The notes beneath the pieces are model-generated. The model was not told the origin of the DNA. It saw only the letters and a list, made by a program, of their open reading frames with translations, and did no database searches. Shown here one piece after another: positions 20,376-29,149 of a stretch of 64,000 bases of DNA. Positions within the stretch are counted from its first letter, which is position 1. Every line of letters starts with the position of its first letter. This DNA comes from a virus (lineage: Duplodnaviria > Caudoviricetes): positions 3,002 to 67,001 of IMG/VR virus record IMGVR_UViG_3300036546_000207; one strand, 5' to 3'. A program made the translations under genes and the position numbers.

Positions 20376-21445
20376 TACCCGGTTGCTCCTTTCAGAATGG
20401 CAATTGCTTGTTCGCGCGAAATGCCCAGCTGTTGAATGGTTGCCATCAGTGCGGCCTCAGCCTTGGGATCACCTGCAACGGCGACAACTCGCTTACTGCC
20501 GGACGCCACACGTTTGGGCTTGGTAGTGGTGGCCCGACTCTGCTTGCGCAGTGCAGCGCGGGACCTGTCGTAATCGCGGTCACCAGTGTTACCTGACGCC
20601 TTCGGCCTGGCCGCCTGCTTGCGCGCCAGCTTGTCGGCATCCTTCTGCCGGGTGCGGATATTGGCCGCGCCATCGCCAGCCTTGCGCCCTTTCTCGATAG
20701 CCCGGACAAGGAAGTTCTGCACCATGGCTGAGGACTGTATTTCAGCCATCACGCGCAGGACGTGCTTGCATGCCACGCCATTCAGGTTCGGGTTGCGCAC
20801 CTTGGGATAGCCGTTTTCAGGTCGGCCAGCATGGTAATTACCAATGGTGGCCACATACCGATACCAGAACCGGTGCCGGCCACAGTCGCAGTCAAAACGG
20901 ATCGGTTGCTGCTTGAGCCACGCGGCAGCCTTGTGGGGTGACTTGTCACCTGCCGCAATGGCCGTGGCGTAGCCCAAAAAGTTGACCGTGACAAAGTGGC
21001 GAGTTGCGCCGTACTTGAGGCTTGCATTGGTCACAAATCGGACTTCCAGCGCCTCGATATTGGTACCCGACCCTTTCACGCCTCGAGCGCTGCCCGGTAC
21101 CGCCACTGTGATCTCTTGTCGCGCGCGCTTGCGGTCAATCGCCGTCGACATATCGATGACCTGGCGGGGATTGATGCCGCCCTTGAACCGCTTACCCAGC
21201 GTGCGCACGTTTTGCCGGAAGGCAGCAAGGTCATCAGCGGTTAACGGCCGGGGCTTGCCATCGGGGGTGTTGAGCGTCGTGGTCAGTACATCGGCAGCGT
21301 CGAAGTCATTGATGTTCCCGCGCAGATCATCGGGATTGAGGATGCGCGGCGCGTTCTTCCGTGCAGCTGCGTCCTGCTTGGCAAGCGCTTTGGCTTCAGA
21401 AACCGTGCCCGACAGCTTGCCGATCAGCGTTTCATCACCGGCCAT
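20375..21445 (-). CDS. SWIM-type zinc-finger protein
   Basis: FDCDCGRH...ACKHVLRV pattern (CxC-n-CxH); basic C-terminus. Confidence 0.6.
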   Translation of the reverse strand: MAGDETLIGKLSGTVSEAKALAKQDAAARKNAPRILNPDDLRGNINDFDAADVLTTTLNTPDGKPRPLTADDLAAFRQNVRTLGKRFKGGINPRQVIDMSTAIDRKRARQEITVAVPGSARGVKGSGTNIEALEVRFVTNASLKYGATRHFVTVNFLGYATAIAAGDKSPHKAAAWLKQQPIRFDCDCGRHRFWYRYVATIGNYHAGRPENGYPKVRNPNLNGVACKHVLRVMAEIQSSAMVQNFLVRAIEKGRKAGDGAANIRTRQKDADKLARKQAARPKASGNTGDRDYDRSRAALRKQSRATTTKPKRVASGSKRVVAVAGDPKAEAALMATIQQLGISREQAIAILKGATG

Positions 21446-21780
21446 CAGTCAGTCCTCCAGGTGGGTGCACCTTTTTCACGGTAGTCGTGACGCGATTCAA
21501 ACCCTGCTTTGAACTTGAGCTGTCGCAACTGAGACTCGGTAGGTAGCACAATGCGCCTTTGATCCAGCGGCTCATCCACTGAGCTGATCCCTGCAGCTGC
21601 GAGGACCGTCATGTACTCGGATCGACGCCCATACACCCGCTGAGATACCAGAGTGGCGTCCCATTGCTCATCGGGGCGCACGTCGTAGTTAATCGCCTCA
21701 TCCCAGGGCTTTTTCGATTCGGCAAAGTCGCGCACCAGTCGCCAGAACACGCGGGCCGCTTGGTTGTTTTGATCAAGCAT
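21445..21780 (-). CDS. Baseplate wedge protein (P1 gp26 / LysM-like)
   Basis: YDVRPDEQWDATLVSQRVYG..VLAAAG..IVLPT pattern. Confidence 0.65.
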   Translation of the reverse strand: MLDQNNQAARVFWRLVRDFAESKKPWDEAINYDVRPDEQWDATLVSQRVYGRRSEYMTVLAAAGISSVDEPLDQRRIVLPTESQLRQLKFKAGFESRHDYREKGAPTWRTD

Positions 21781-22286
21781 CAGTCATGCAATCCTATGGT
21801 CAGTACATGGCCGTCCATAATCCGCATCACGTCCATGATGTCGTCAGCCATGCCGAGGGTGTCATCGATCGCGGTATGGCGGGCGGCATAGGCACAAATT
21901 GCCAAGGTCGCGATATGGGCGTTACTGGCATCCGGCGCGATACGGTACTTGGGACCGCTTACATCGACGCCATCATGCTCAATCACCGCCGCCGGATCGG
22001 CCGTTGCCGCAAGCTCGCGAAAGCGCAGGCAGCTGGTAATGCCATCCTCTGCCACCGAACCCTTGAGCTTGAAGTAGCCACTGATTGCCTCGACCAGGTC
22101 GCCGTCAGTGAATAGCGAGTCACGGTCACCATGCTGATCAGCAGCAATGAGAAAGCTGTCCTCGAATCGCGCAATCATTGGCACCGACTTGGCAACGACC
22201 AGAATGCCGGTCTCCTCATCCAGCGCGGCCAGAACTGTGGTCGGCTTGCCCATGTAGCCCTGAATATTCGCCTGAATCTTGAGCAT
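21780..22286 (-). CDS. Tail-associated protein (P1 gp25 N-terminal-like)
   Basis: NAHIATLAICAYAA segment; sits between gp7-like and gp26-like genes as in P1. Confidence 0.45.
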   Translation of the reverse strand: MLKIQANIQGYMGKPTTVLAALDEETGILVVAKSVPMIARFEDSFLIAADQHGDRDSLFTDGDLVEAISGYFKLKGSVAEDGITSCLRFRELAATADPAAVIEHDGVDVSGPKYRIAPDASNAHIATLAICAYAARHTAIDDTLGMADDIMDVMRIMDGHVLTIGLHD

Positions 22287-23005
22287 CAGACCTCCTTGGC
22301 CGTGGTATCCACCACCTCGACCAGCGGATAGCCTGCAGGGTCATCTGTGCCCGGCACACCTTTGCCGTCGTTAGGCTCACCCTCCGCCGGTGCCTGGAAC
22401 AACGGAATGGAGCACTTCAGGGTCAGATCCACCGCCAGCACGGTCATATTCTTGCTGCCGGTGTCGATATTCATGGCCGGGTTGTCCGGGGCTTCGATCT
22501 GCACGGGGAACTCGTTATCGACCCCGGCGAACGGAAATACTGCCTTGAAGCCACGATTGCTCGGGCTGTCCAGAAACAGCAGGAACTGAGCCGCGATGCT
22601 TTTGGCAGTCGGCTCGTCGTGGGCGAATATGGCGATCTGCGCGCGAATCTCTCCCTGGATCAGGCGCATCTCGAAGTAGCGGTGCTTGGGGTCATCCGGA
22701 ATGAAGATATCGATTGGATCAGCAATCTGGGTGCCGAAGTCACGACTGATCGGGGTGTAGTCCTTGGCCACAGCCACCAACACGACCGGCAGCTTTGGCG
22801 GACGGGTCGCGCCCTGATCAGTATCGTTTTTGTTCCAAGCGGCCAGCATCTCCTCAGCCTTGTCGACCATGCGCGTAGGCGCCCAGGCAACGCAGTAGGG
22901 AAAGCCACGCGCGACGAACTCATGCATACTGGTGGTTGTGGGCACTACACCGGCATAAAACCGGTGCATGAATCCCCCCAGGCCAGTCTTGACCGGCTCA
23001 AACAT
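22286..23005 (-). CDS. Tail completion/stability protein (P1 gp7-like)
   Basis: 239 aa; synteny 7-25-26. Confidence 0.5.
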   Translation of the reverse strand: MFEPVKTGLGGFMHRFYAGVVPTTTSMHEFVARGFPYCVAWAPTRMVDKAEEMLAAWNKNDTDQGATRPPKLPVVLVAVAKDYTPISRDFGTQIADPIDIFIPDDPKHRYFEMRLIQGEIRAQIAIFAHDEPTAKSIAAQFLLFLDSPSNRGFKAVFPFAGVDNEFPVQIEAPDNPAMNIDTGSKNMTVLAVDLTLKCSIPLFQAPAEGEPNDGKGVPGTDDPAGYPLVEVVDTTAKEV

Positions 23006-23846
23006 GCGGCACCACCCGGCGTGACAGGCTCAGGTATTCCGCTTCAGCCTCGTCGTTATCGACCTCCTCCGGAATCAGGAAGGTCGGCAGCGCCGAATCC
23101 ATAAACTGTTTGGATTCACGCTTCATGCGCACAGCCTCGGGATTGGCGCCGCCGGTCACCACATCATCGAACGCCAGTCGGTTATCAGTGACTTTGGCTG
23201 TAGCCGCATTCTGTCGCGCCAGCAGGTCCAGCAATTCGTTGTTGTCCTGCTCCAGTCGAGACGCTGCATCCAGTGCCAGCCCCATGCTGCGCTCCATGGT
23301 ATCGATCAGCAGGCGCTGCGCCTCGATCTTCTCTTGCTGCTCAGCCAGGATCACGTCGGTGATTGACATACCGCCATCGGCTGCAGAATCCAACGCCAGC
23401 TCGTAGCCGCGATTGGTGGAGTAGTTGGGGTCGTTCACCCAGTCGAAGCCATACAGCTCAGGCGCGTCCATATCGATCGCCGAGCTGAATCCACCCACAC
23501 GGTTGGCATACATACGCGCTGCCAGCTGGCCGGTTTCAGTGTCCAGGAACTCGGTTTGATGCTCTACAGTGCCATCGGGGTGCGCCTTCAGGTAGACGGT
23601 CACGACCGCAGGCTCGATTGACTGCGCCTTGCCATCGGCAATACCACCCTCAGCAGGCTCCATGCCGAAACGCAGGCGCGGCCAGTGGCCGAAGTACCCC
23701 AGCATGCCGCGGGTTTTGACACGCTCCTGGGTAGCAGGGCCGTTGATCGATGCGACCAGAGACGGGATATCGAAGTTGCGCTCAACGCCGCGATACTTGC
23801 GGCCACGCTCTTTCAGGTTGTAGGTAATGATCGGTGGTTGCTGCAT
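22998..23846 (-). CDS. pro: Prohead protease (P1 Pro-like)
   Basis: GYFGHWPR..VEHQTEFLDT..GGFSSA..GFDWVNDPNY catalytic-type pattern; coiled-coil C-terminus. Confidence 0.7.
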   Translation of the reverse strand: MQQPPIITYNLKERGRKYRGVERNFDIPSLVASINGPATQERVKTRGMLGYFGHWPRLRFGMEPAEGGIADGKAQSIEPAVVTVYLKAHPDGTVEHQTEFLDTETGQLAARMYANRVGGFSSAIDMDAPELYGFDWVNDPNYSTNRGYELALDSAADGGMSITDVILAEQQEKIEAQRLLIDTMERSMGLALDAASRLEQDNNELLDLLARQNAATAKVTDNRLAFDDVVTGGANPEAVRMKRESKQFMDSALPTFLIPEEVDNDEAEAEYLSLSRRVVPHV

Positions 23847-23847
23847 G

Positions 23848-23879
23848 AAAAAGCCCTCAGTGCAGTTGCATTGAGGGCT
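23848..23879 (-). terminator. Intrinsic terminator ending the moron transcript
   Basis: AGCCCTCAaTGCA-ac-TGCAcTGAGGGCT hairpin followed by TTTT. Confidence 0.65.
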
Positions 23880-23920
23880 ATGGTAGGGGTGTTACGCCGG
23901 TCGCCTGCTGGCAGCTTTCC
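23880..23920 (-). promoter_or_regulatory. Putative late promoter (GGAAA-N30-TACCAT) upstream of pro
   Basis: Shared motif and spacing. Confidence 0.6.
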
Positions 23921-23934
23921 GGTTCAGGTGCCGA

Positions 23935-24660
23935 TCACTTAAAGTTATCAGGGTTGTTCAGGTATTCGATCATATCGCCAATGAAAAGCAGTCGCTCGTT
24001 ATAGCTTTGCATCAGGCAGTCCGCATTCCTGCAGGTGTTGCGCTTGCCAATCCATTCACGCTGCTGATTGCGGATGTACGCCTTGCCTTCTTCGTCGCCT
24101 GCATAGCTCAACAGTGTTTTGTAGCCGGTCGCCATGGCAAGATCCATTGAGGATAGCGCACTGCTTCCACAGATCAGGAATTCAACCTGGTTGCCAGCCT
24201 TGGCGCAGTCGAAGCTCGGGCCAGACGCCTGCTTGCTTTCACTCTTCTCCTCGACGACCTCATAGCCTTCAAACTTAGCCAGGTCATGCCGGGTTAGCGC
24301 CCTTACGCGCTGCATGTATATCGCATCGCCGTCAGCCAGCGTCATTATGGCCTGGTTATGGTTCAGCTCGAACGTGACCAGCTCACCGGAGCCGTCCAGC
24401 ATGTGCACAACCTGCTCAGTTCCGGCCATATTGAACAGGACCTGATCGATATCGTAATACCCGGCATTCTCCCCTTGAATGACAAACAACCGCTTCCCGC
24501 TGCGTTTGAATAGCGCAAGCCCATCATTACCCACGATAGACCGATACACCCCGGCCACCTTGTTATCGACAACATTCAGGCCACCTTGGGATACGGCCAT
24601 TGCCGGAGTAGCCAGCACCAGCGCCAGCACGGTTGTAACTGCAGTGATTAGCTTTTTCAT
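23935..24660 (-). CDS. Secreted protein with C-terminal LprI/DUF1311-like lysozyme-inhibitor domain
   Basis: Signal peptide (MKKLITAVTTVLALVLATPAMA); GPSFDCAKA..EFLIC..Q REW..RNTC..DCL..Y.ERL four-cysteine pattern. Confidence 0.75.
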   Translation of the reverse strand: MKKLITAVTTVLALVLATPAMAVSQGGLNVVDNKVAGVYRSIVGNDGLALFKRSGKRLFVIQGENAGYYDIDQVLFNMAGTEQVVHMLDGSGELVTFELNHNQAIMTLADGDAIYMQRVRALTRHDLAKFEGYEVVEEKSESKQASGPSFDCAKAGNQVEFLICGSSALSSMDLAMATGYKTLLSYAGDEEGKAYIRNQQREWIGKRNTCRNADCLMQSYNERLLFIGDMIEYLNNPDNFK

Positions 24661-24863
24661 GTGTTGCTCCTTGCGTTCTTTTCAGATTCCAACTGCTGAA
24701 TTTTCAGCAGCGCCAAAATCAGCTTCTCTGTGTGTGCAGGCACTGGACGTATGCCAGCGTTGTATTTTTTGTGGCTCGACTCACTAATGCCCAGCGCATC
24801 AAGCCACTCAGGCAGGGAAAGGCCCAGCGTGAGCCGGGCCTGATGGTATTCAGATGGCGCCAT
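24657..24863 (-). CDS. Small XRE-type helix-turn-helix protein
   Basis: ARLTLGLSLPEWLDALGISESSHKKY..G.RPVP HTH pattern. Confidence 0.65.
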   Translation of the reverse strand: MAPSEYHQARLTLGLSLPEWLDALGISESSHKKYNAGIRPVPAHTEKLILALLKIQQLESEKNARSNT

Positions 24864-25107
24864 TATTTAACCACTCGGATGGCTGGTATACTTTCGTAAC
24901 CGCTGCAGTCGGTGTCCCGGCGACGCTCATCAATCCAGTCTCAAAAAGCACTGCAGACACAACGGTGCAATTTTCTGCTAGGCTCCTGATCAAATTTCGC
25001 GCAGTCATTAGCCGATCACTGGATGGCAGTTCGGTGTTTATTTGCTTTCTGGTTGAAAAATGCTCACCGCTATCAGATAAGTAAACGATCGTCAGTGTGG
25101 ATTCCAT
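24850..25107 (-). CDS. Hypothetical protein (85 aa), first gene of the moron
   Basis: AGGTGA RBS before ATG 25107; overlaps the next gene. Confidence 0.55.
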   Translation of the reverse strand: MESTLTIVYLSDSGEHFSTRKQINTELPSSDRLMTARNLIRSLAENCTVVSAVLFETGLMSVAGTPTAAVTKVYQPSEWLNNGAI

Positions 25108-25159
25108 TTTAATCACCTTTTCCTTAGATCGGCAGGGCCATCCCCTTACCGTTGAGTTC

Positions 25160-25188
25160 AATTTAGTTCCTTATAGGAACCTTTGCAA
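25160..25188 (-). promoter_or_regulatory. Sigma70-type moron promoter TTGCAA-N17-TAAATT with palindrome GTTCC-N5-GGAAC in the spacer
   Basis: Read directly; palindrome at 25166..25180. Confidence 0.55.
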
Positions 25189-25196
25189 GCCTTTTT

Positions 25197-26717
25197 TTAC
25201 ACCTCAGCAAAAAGATCATCCACCTCACTCTCCACCGCCTCGGCTACACTGCGCTCGGCAACGGCCGCACCCGACACCGGGATATAGGCCACATTCTCCA
25301 AGAATGCGAAGCATATGCTGTCCCAAAGGTCAGGCGACGCCATGCCCTCCCACTCAGTCGAGTGTTTCGGCGGCACACGCACACGCCCCTTATCGGTAAA
25401 CGTCTTCGGTATGCGGCTGGATTGGGCCTGTACGGCGTTTCGGTGCTCCTGCGTCAGAATGGACAGCCTACCCTCTCGCGCCGCTCTCGCAGCTTGATGC
25501 ATGGCCTGAGCGCGTAGATTCAGGTAACGGTCCTTGTTCTTGTTCTGGAAGCAGGGATTACCCCAGTTCACCCGGTGCACCACCTTGTTCATGTCCTCAA
25601 GGTCCTGGCACACGTTGATACCCAGACCACCGGAGTCAATCACGTAGGTGACGCCCTCCTTGTCGCTGGCCACCTCAACCGCAGCCGACGCGATACGGTT
25701 GGAGCGTATGCCGTTAGTGTGAATCGGGATCTGGACCACCTCTACGCGCCGCGCATTGGGCCCACGATCACCGTAGCCAATCACGCGCGCCAGCACGATT
25801 GCCGACTTGTCGCGTACACCCTCGCCGCTGGCAACGTCCCCCAGGCACAACCAGCCGTAGGCCTCTCCCGGCTCAATGATGCGCCCACGCTTATACATGC
25901 TCATGGCATCCGGCAGGCTCATCATGTGCTTGGAGCTGTCTTGCGGGAATAGCCCCAGCAGACGCACACGGCGTTCGTCGTCGTCGTAGCTGTCCCAGAG
26001 CTCACGCAGGGCTTCATCCGATACCAGTGGCGATTCCAGCGAGCTGAACGTCAGGTTGTGCCACTCCCCGCCATTGCCTTTCGCCAGCTCATGATGCGTG
26101 CGCCAGAAGAACCCGGCATTTCGGGTTGGCTGGCTGGTCAACAGCATACGGTTGTGCTGCTCAGTCAACGCACCGCGCAGGGTGGTCAGCACGTTATCGC
26201 CCAGAGTTGATGCCTCGTCGCCGATGATCATCAGCCATTCACCGTGGCGACCGGCCATCTTGTTGGCGGTCTTGTCGTTGGCGGTCTTGGACTCAACGAA
26301 CCAGGTATCCTCAAACCCCTTGATGCGCATGGTGGCGTTCGCCAGTATGTCGATATGATCCGCGATCCAGCCATGCTCGGGGTTGCGCTTGATGCGCTGC
26401 ACCGCCACGCCGATCTCTTTCCACAGCGTCACCTTGAGCTGATCCATGTCGTTGGCGGTCAGCAGGGTGATCGATTGCGGGAAGCAGAGCATGTGCCAGA
26501 GAACCACGTTGGCTATGCTGGTCGTCTTGCCGGTACCGTGCCCCGAAGCCACCGACACCCGAGACCGCGACACCGCAACGCCCGCATACAGCTCCAACTG
26601 CTGAGGCGTAGGCGTTACACCCTGCACCTCTACCGCAAAGCGTGCAGGATCCGGTGCATAGCGTTCGCAGAATGGCAGCCAGCGAGGATCCTCATGTAGC
26701 GGAATCCGCTTCGCCAT
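25197..26717 (-). CDS. terL: Terminase large subunit (PacB-like)
   Basis: Walker A SGHGTGKT, Walker B IIGDEAS, LLTSQPTR, nuclease LGDVASG..DKS..SPDLWDS. Confidence 0.92.
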   Translation of the reverse strand: MAKRIPLHEDPRWLPFCERYAPDPARFAVEVQGVTPTPQQLELYAGVAVSRSRVSVASGHGTGKTTSIANVVLWHMLCFPQSITLLTANDMDQLKVTLWKEIGVAVQRIKRNPEHGWIADHIDILANATMRIKGFEDTWFVESKTANDKTANKMAGRHGEWLMIIGDEASTLGDNVLTTLRGALTEQHNRMLLTSQPTRNAGFFWRTHHELAKGNGGEWHNLTFSSLESPLVSDEALRELWDSYDDDERRVRLLGLFPQDSSKHMMSLPDAMSMYKRGRIIEPGEAYGWLCLGDVASGEGVRDKSAIVLARVIGYGDRGPNARRVEVVQIPIHTNGIRSNRIASAAVEVASDKEGVTYVIDSGGLGINVCQDLEDMNKVVHRVNWGNPCFQNKNKDRYLNLRAQAMHQAARAAREGRLSILTQEHRNAVQAQSSRIPKTFTDKGRVRVPPKHSTEWEGMASPDLWDSICFAFLENVAYIPVSGAAVAERSVAEAVESEVDDLFAEV

Positions 26718-27730
26718 CAGTCATCCTCCCCCGCGTGGCGGTAGTCGACATCCATGACCAGCCCCAGGCGTTCGGCCCGGCTCAGCATGCGCTCTTGGGT
26801 TTCAGCCGCCTGCTGCAGAACCTTGTCGTACACTTCGTCCATCTTCTCCTTATCGACCAATGCAATAGTGGGCTTCTCTACCACCTCAACCTTGTCCTTC
26901 CACATCTCCGGCTGTCGGTTCTTCAGCCAGAACATCGCGCAGTGCGGGTCTGGCGGGTAATGCTTGGTGACCGTCACGCGCTCGATATGACCGTCCACCA
27001 CCTTGATCTCTTCGGCTTCATGGGTATAGCCCATTGCACGCTGGTACAGGCGCGCTGCCACGGCAGTATCGGCTGCCTCCCGACCACCGGCCAACGCTGC
27101 AGAAAAGTCAGGGTAGGCTTTCTCCCAGGTGTAAAGCGTTTGCTTGCACACACCCAGCAGCTTGGCTAGGTTGTCCATCGTCGATCCCAGCAGCATGAAG
27201 CGGAAGGCGATCACCGCGTACTCGGGACGGTATGAGGTCTGTTCCCCCGGCAGCTTGCCCATCAGGTCCACCAGCCCACCGTATTCGAAGTCCGCCATGC
27301 CGGGGTCACGCCCGCCCCCGCGAATGCGTCTATGGCCGTTTTGGCCCCCGCCCCCCTTCGTATTCCGGTTTCCGTTCGCCTCCTCGACCACAGAAACCTC
27401 AGTCTTTGCGAGGGGTTCAGCGGTTTCGGTTTCCGCTTTGGTTTCCGGCTTCCCTGAATTATTGGTTTTCGCCGTGGTTTTCGGCTTGGTTTTCGGTTTT
27501 CCGGCCTTGGCTGAGACTGCATTCTGCGCTGCATGCCGCGTCTTTGCTGGGGTTTTCGGAAGGTTTTCGTTTTTCACCCAACCTTCTTTCAGGGCTCGTT
27601 TACGCACCGCCGGACCGGACACCGGCAAATTCAGCTCACGGATCAGCCACGCATACCCATCGCGCGGATCTTTACGCCATACTGCGTATACATCCGCCCA
27701 TTGATCCTCGCTCACTTTGATTACAGGCAT
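26717..27730 (-). CDS. terS: Terminase small subunit (PacA-like)
   Basis: YRPEYA..LGST..LAKLLGVCKQTLYTWEKAYPDF..LYQRAMGY..YPPD....FWLKNRQPEMW; coupled to terL. Confidence 0.85.
   Translation of the reverse strand: MPVIKVSEDQWADVYAVWRKDPRDGYAWLIRELNLPVSGPAVRKRALKEGWVKNENLPKTPAKTRHAAQNAVSAKAGKPKTKPKTTAKTNNSGKPETKAETETAEPLAKTEVSVVEEANGNRNTKGGGGQNGHRRIRGGGRDPGMADFEYGGLVDLMGKLPGEQTSYRPEYAVIAFRFMLLGSTMDNLAKLLGVCKQTLYTWEKAYPDFSAALAGGREAADTAVAARLYQRAMGYTHEAEEIKVVDGHIERVTVTKHYPPDPHCAMFWLKNRQPEMWKDKVEVVEKPTIALVDKEKMDEVYDKVLQQAAETQERMLSRAERLGLVMDVDYRHAGEDD
27422..27575. repeat. Cluster of about nine GGTTT(T)C motifs inside terS (candidate pac site)
   Basis: Copies at 27422, 27428, 27440, 27464, 27476, 27488, 27495, 27551 and 27562. 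Confidence 0.55.
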
Positions 27731-28359
27731 CAGATAAACACCAGATCCAACTGCGGGCATCCACCCGACATCTTGTTCTCGTTACGGAAGCGCTTCACCT
27801 TGGCACTGGAGTGTCGTGCCGCACTGGCTGTGCGCTCTACAGCCGCTTCAAGCCGTGCACCGCCGCGCGATTCCAGCCAGTTTTTGCGGTTCAGCTCGAT
27901 ATAGCGCTGCATCGCTTCCTGCAGTTCACCGGCTTCTCGACTCACCAGCAGCGCCGTATCTTCAACGCTGACAATCCGCTCCACTAGAGCACCAATCACT
28001 TTCGCATCACGGGAGCGCATGTTCTCCCACGACTCCCGCATGTGGATCATGATCTCGCGCCTCATGGAGTCCCTGTCTTCGTCACGCTCCATCGTTTCGG
28101 TAATACCGGTAAGGTAGTCGAGCGACACGTCGTACAGCTCAGCCGCACGCTTGAGCACCCACAGCGGTATTTGGCTTGAATGCCGACCACTCTCGATCTT
28201 GCTCAGTTTTGTGCTGTTGCTGTAGCCCAGTAGCTTTGCCGCCTGCTGCTGGCTTAGGCACGCCATTTCACGCGCCTCCTTCAACCTCAGGCCCACCGCG
28301 TGCGCTAATTCCGCCTGCTCAGCACGGGTAGGTAACTTCTTGACCTTGTGATCTGCCAC
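27730..28359 (-). CDS. XRE-family HTH regulator, candidate late-gene activator
   Basis: RLKEAREMACLSQQQAAKLLGYSNSTKLSKIESG HTH; occupies the position of P1 lpa just upstream of the terminase. Confidence 0.7.
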   Translation of the reverse strand: MADHKVKKLPTRAEQAELAHAVGLRLKEAREMACLSQQQAAKLLGYSNSTKLSKIESGRHSSQIPLWVLKRAAELYDVSLDYLTGITETMERDEDRDSMRREIMIHMRESWENMRSRDAKVIGALVERIVSVEDTALLVSREAGELQEAMQRYIELNRKNWLESRGGARLEAAVERTASAARHSSAKVKRFRNENKMSGGCPQLDLVFI

Positions 28360-28388
28360 TCACAACTCCTTACCGGTGGGACCAGGCG

Positions 28389-28847
28389 TTATGCCTGGCT
28401 CAGTCCGAAACGTCCGATCAAAACCGCATCTGCAAGGGCTTGCCCCTTGGCTTTCAAATCAAATTCTCTACAGGTGGGGTACAGCTGGACGCACCGGCTG
28501 CGAGCTGCATCCTTGTCCTGCCCGATCAGGCCTGCGTGCTTCTTCCAGGCTTGAGGGGTTACCAGCGTGAGCGGGACACCCGCCCCCACTACCACGCCCT
28601 CCACCAGCCCGGCGGAGTGCCCAAAGGTGAATGTGGATGAAACCCCTTGCCCCGGCATGCTGGAGACCCGCTCCAGGTAGCAGTGCGTAGGCTTATGGTC
28701 ATTGATAAACGCAGCCACAGCGGCCCCGTTGACCCGGTTCTGACTGCCCACTTTGATCACCGGCATATGCATGAACGCCTGAATATCGCCATTGGTGTTC
28801 AGAACCACTAGGCATCCGGTTGTACCCGGGTCGATTGCCACGATCAT
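28389..28847 (-). CDS. ruvC: RuvC-like Holliday junction resolvase
   Basis: IVAIDPG..YLERV..F.FG..G...G..PQAWKK..ADAVLI. Confidence 0.85.
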   Translation of the reverse strand: MIVAIDPGTTGCLVVLNTNGDIQAFMHMPVIKVGSQNRVNGAAVAAFINDHKPTHCYLERVSSMPGQGVSSTFTFGHSAGLVEGVVVGAGVPLTLVTPQAWKKHAGLIGQDKDAARSRCVQLYPTCREFDLKAKGQALADAVLIGRFGLSQA

Positions 28848-29149
28848 GCCTTCACTCCTTTCACTGAAATTATTCCCTTCTCAAGCAACCGCATCTGAGT
28901 TTCAGCCAGTGCGCGCACCACTTCCCAGCCTTCGGCCTCAATCCCGGTGCGGCTGTCGAGCGCATCGTGACAGCCGCTGCAGGCATGCACGGCGAAAAGA
29001 TCGGGAACCTTCATGCCCATGCCGCCCATGCCGCACGGAACGTGGGCCAGCACGGTGGTGGCGGGGTCGTAGTTGCAGGCACCCGGGATGCGCAGCGTAC
29101 AATCTTCGCCCCGGGCGCTATCACGGATCGCCTTTGATACCAGTCTCAT
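28844..29149 (-). CDS. DUF1364/YbcO-like putative nuclease
   Basis: IRDSARGEDCTLRIPGAC..TTVLAH..ACSGCHDALD. Confidence 0.75.
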   Translation of the reverse strand: MRLVSKAIRDSARGEDCTLRIPGACNYDPATTVLAHVPCGMGGMGMKVPDLFAVHACSGCHDALDSRTGIEAEGWEVVRALAETQMRLLEKGIISVKGVKA

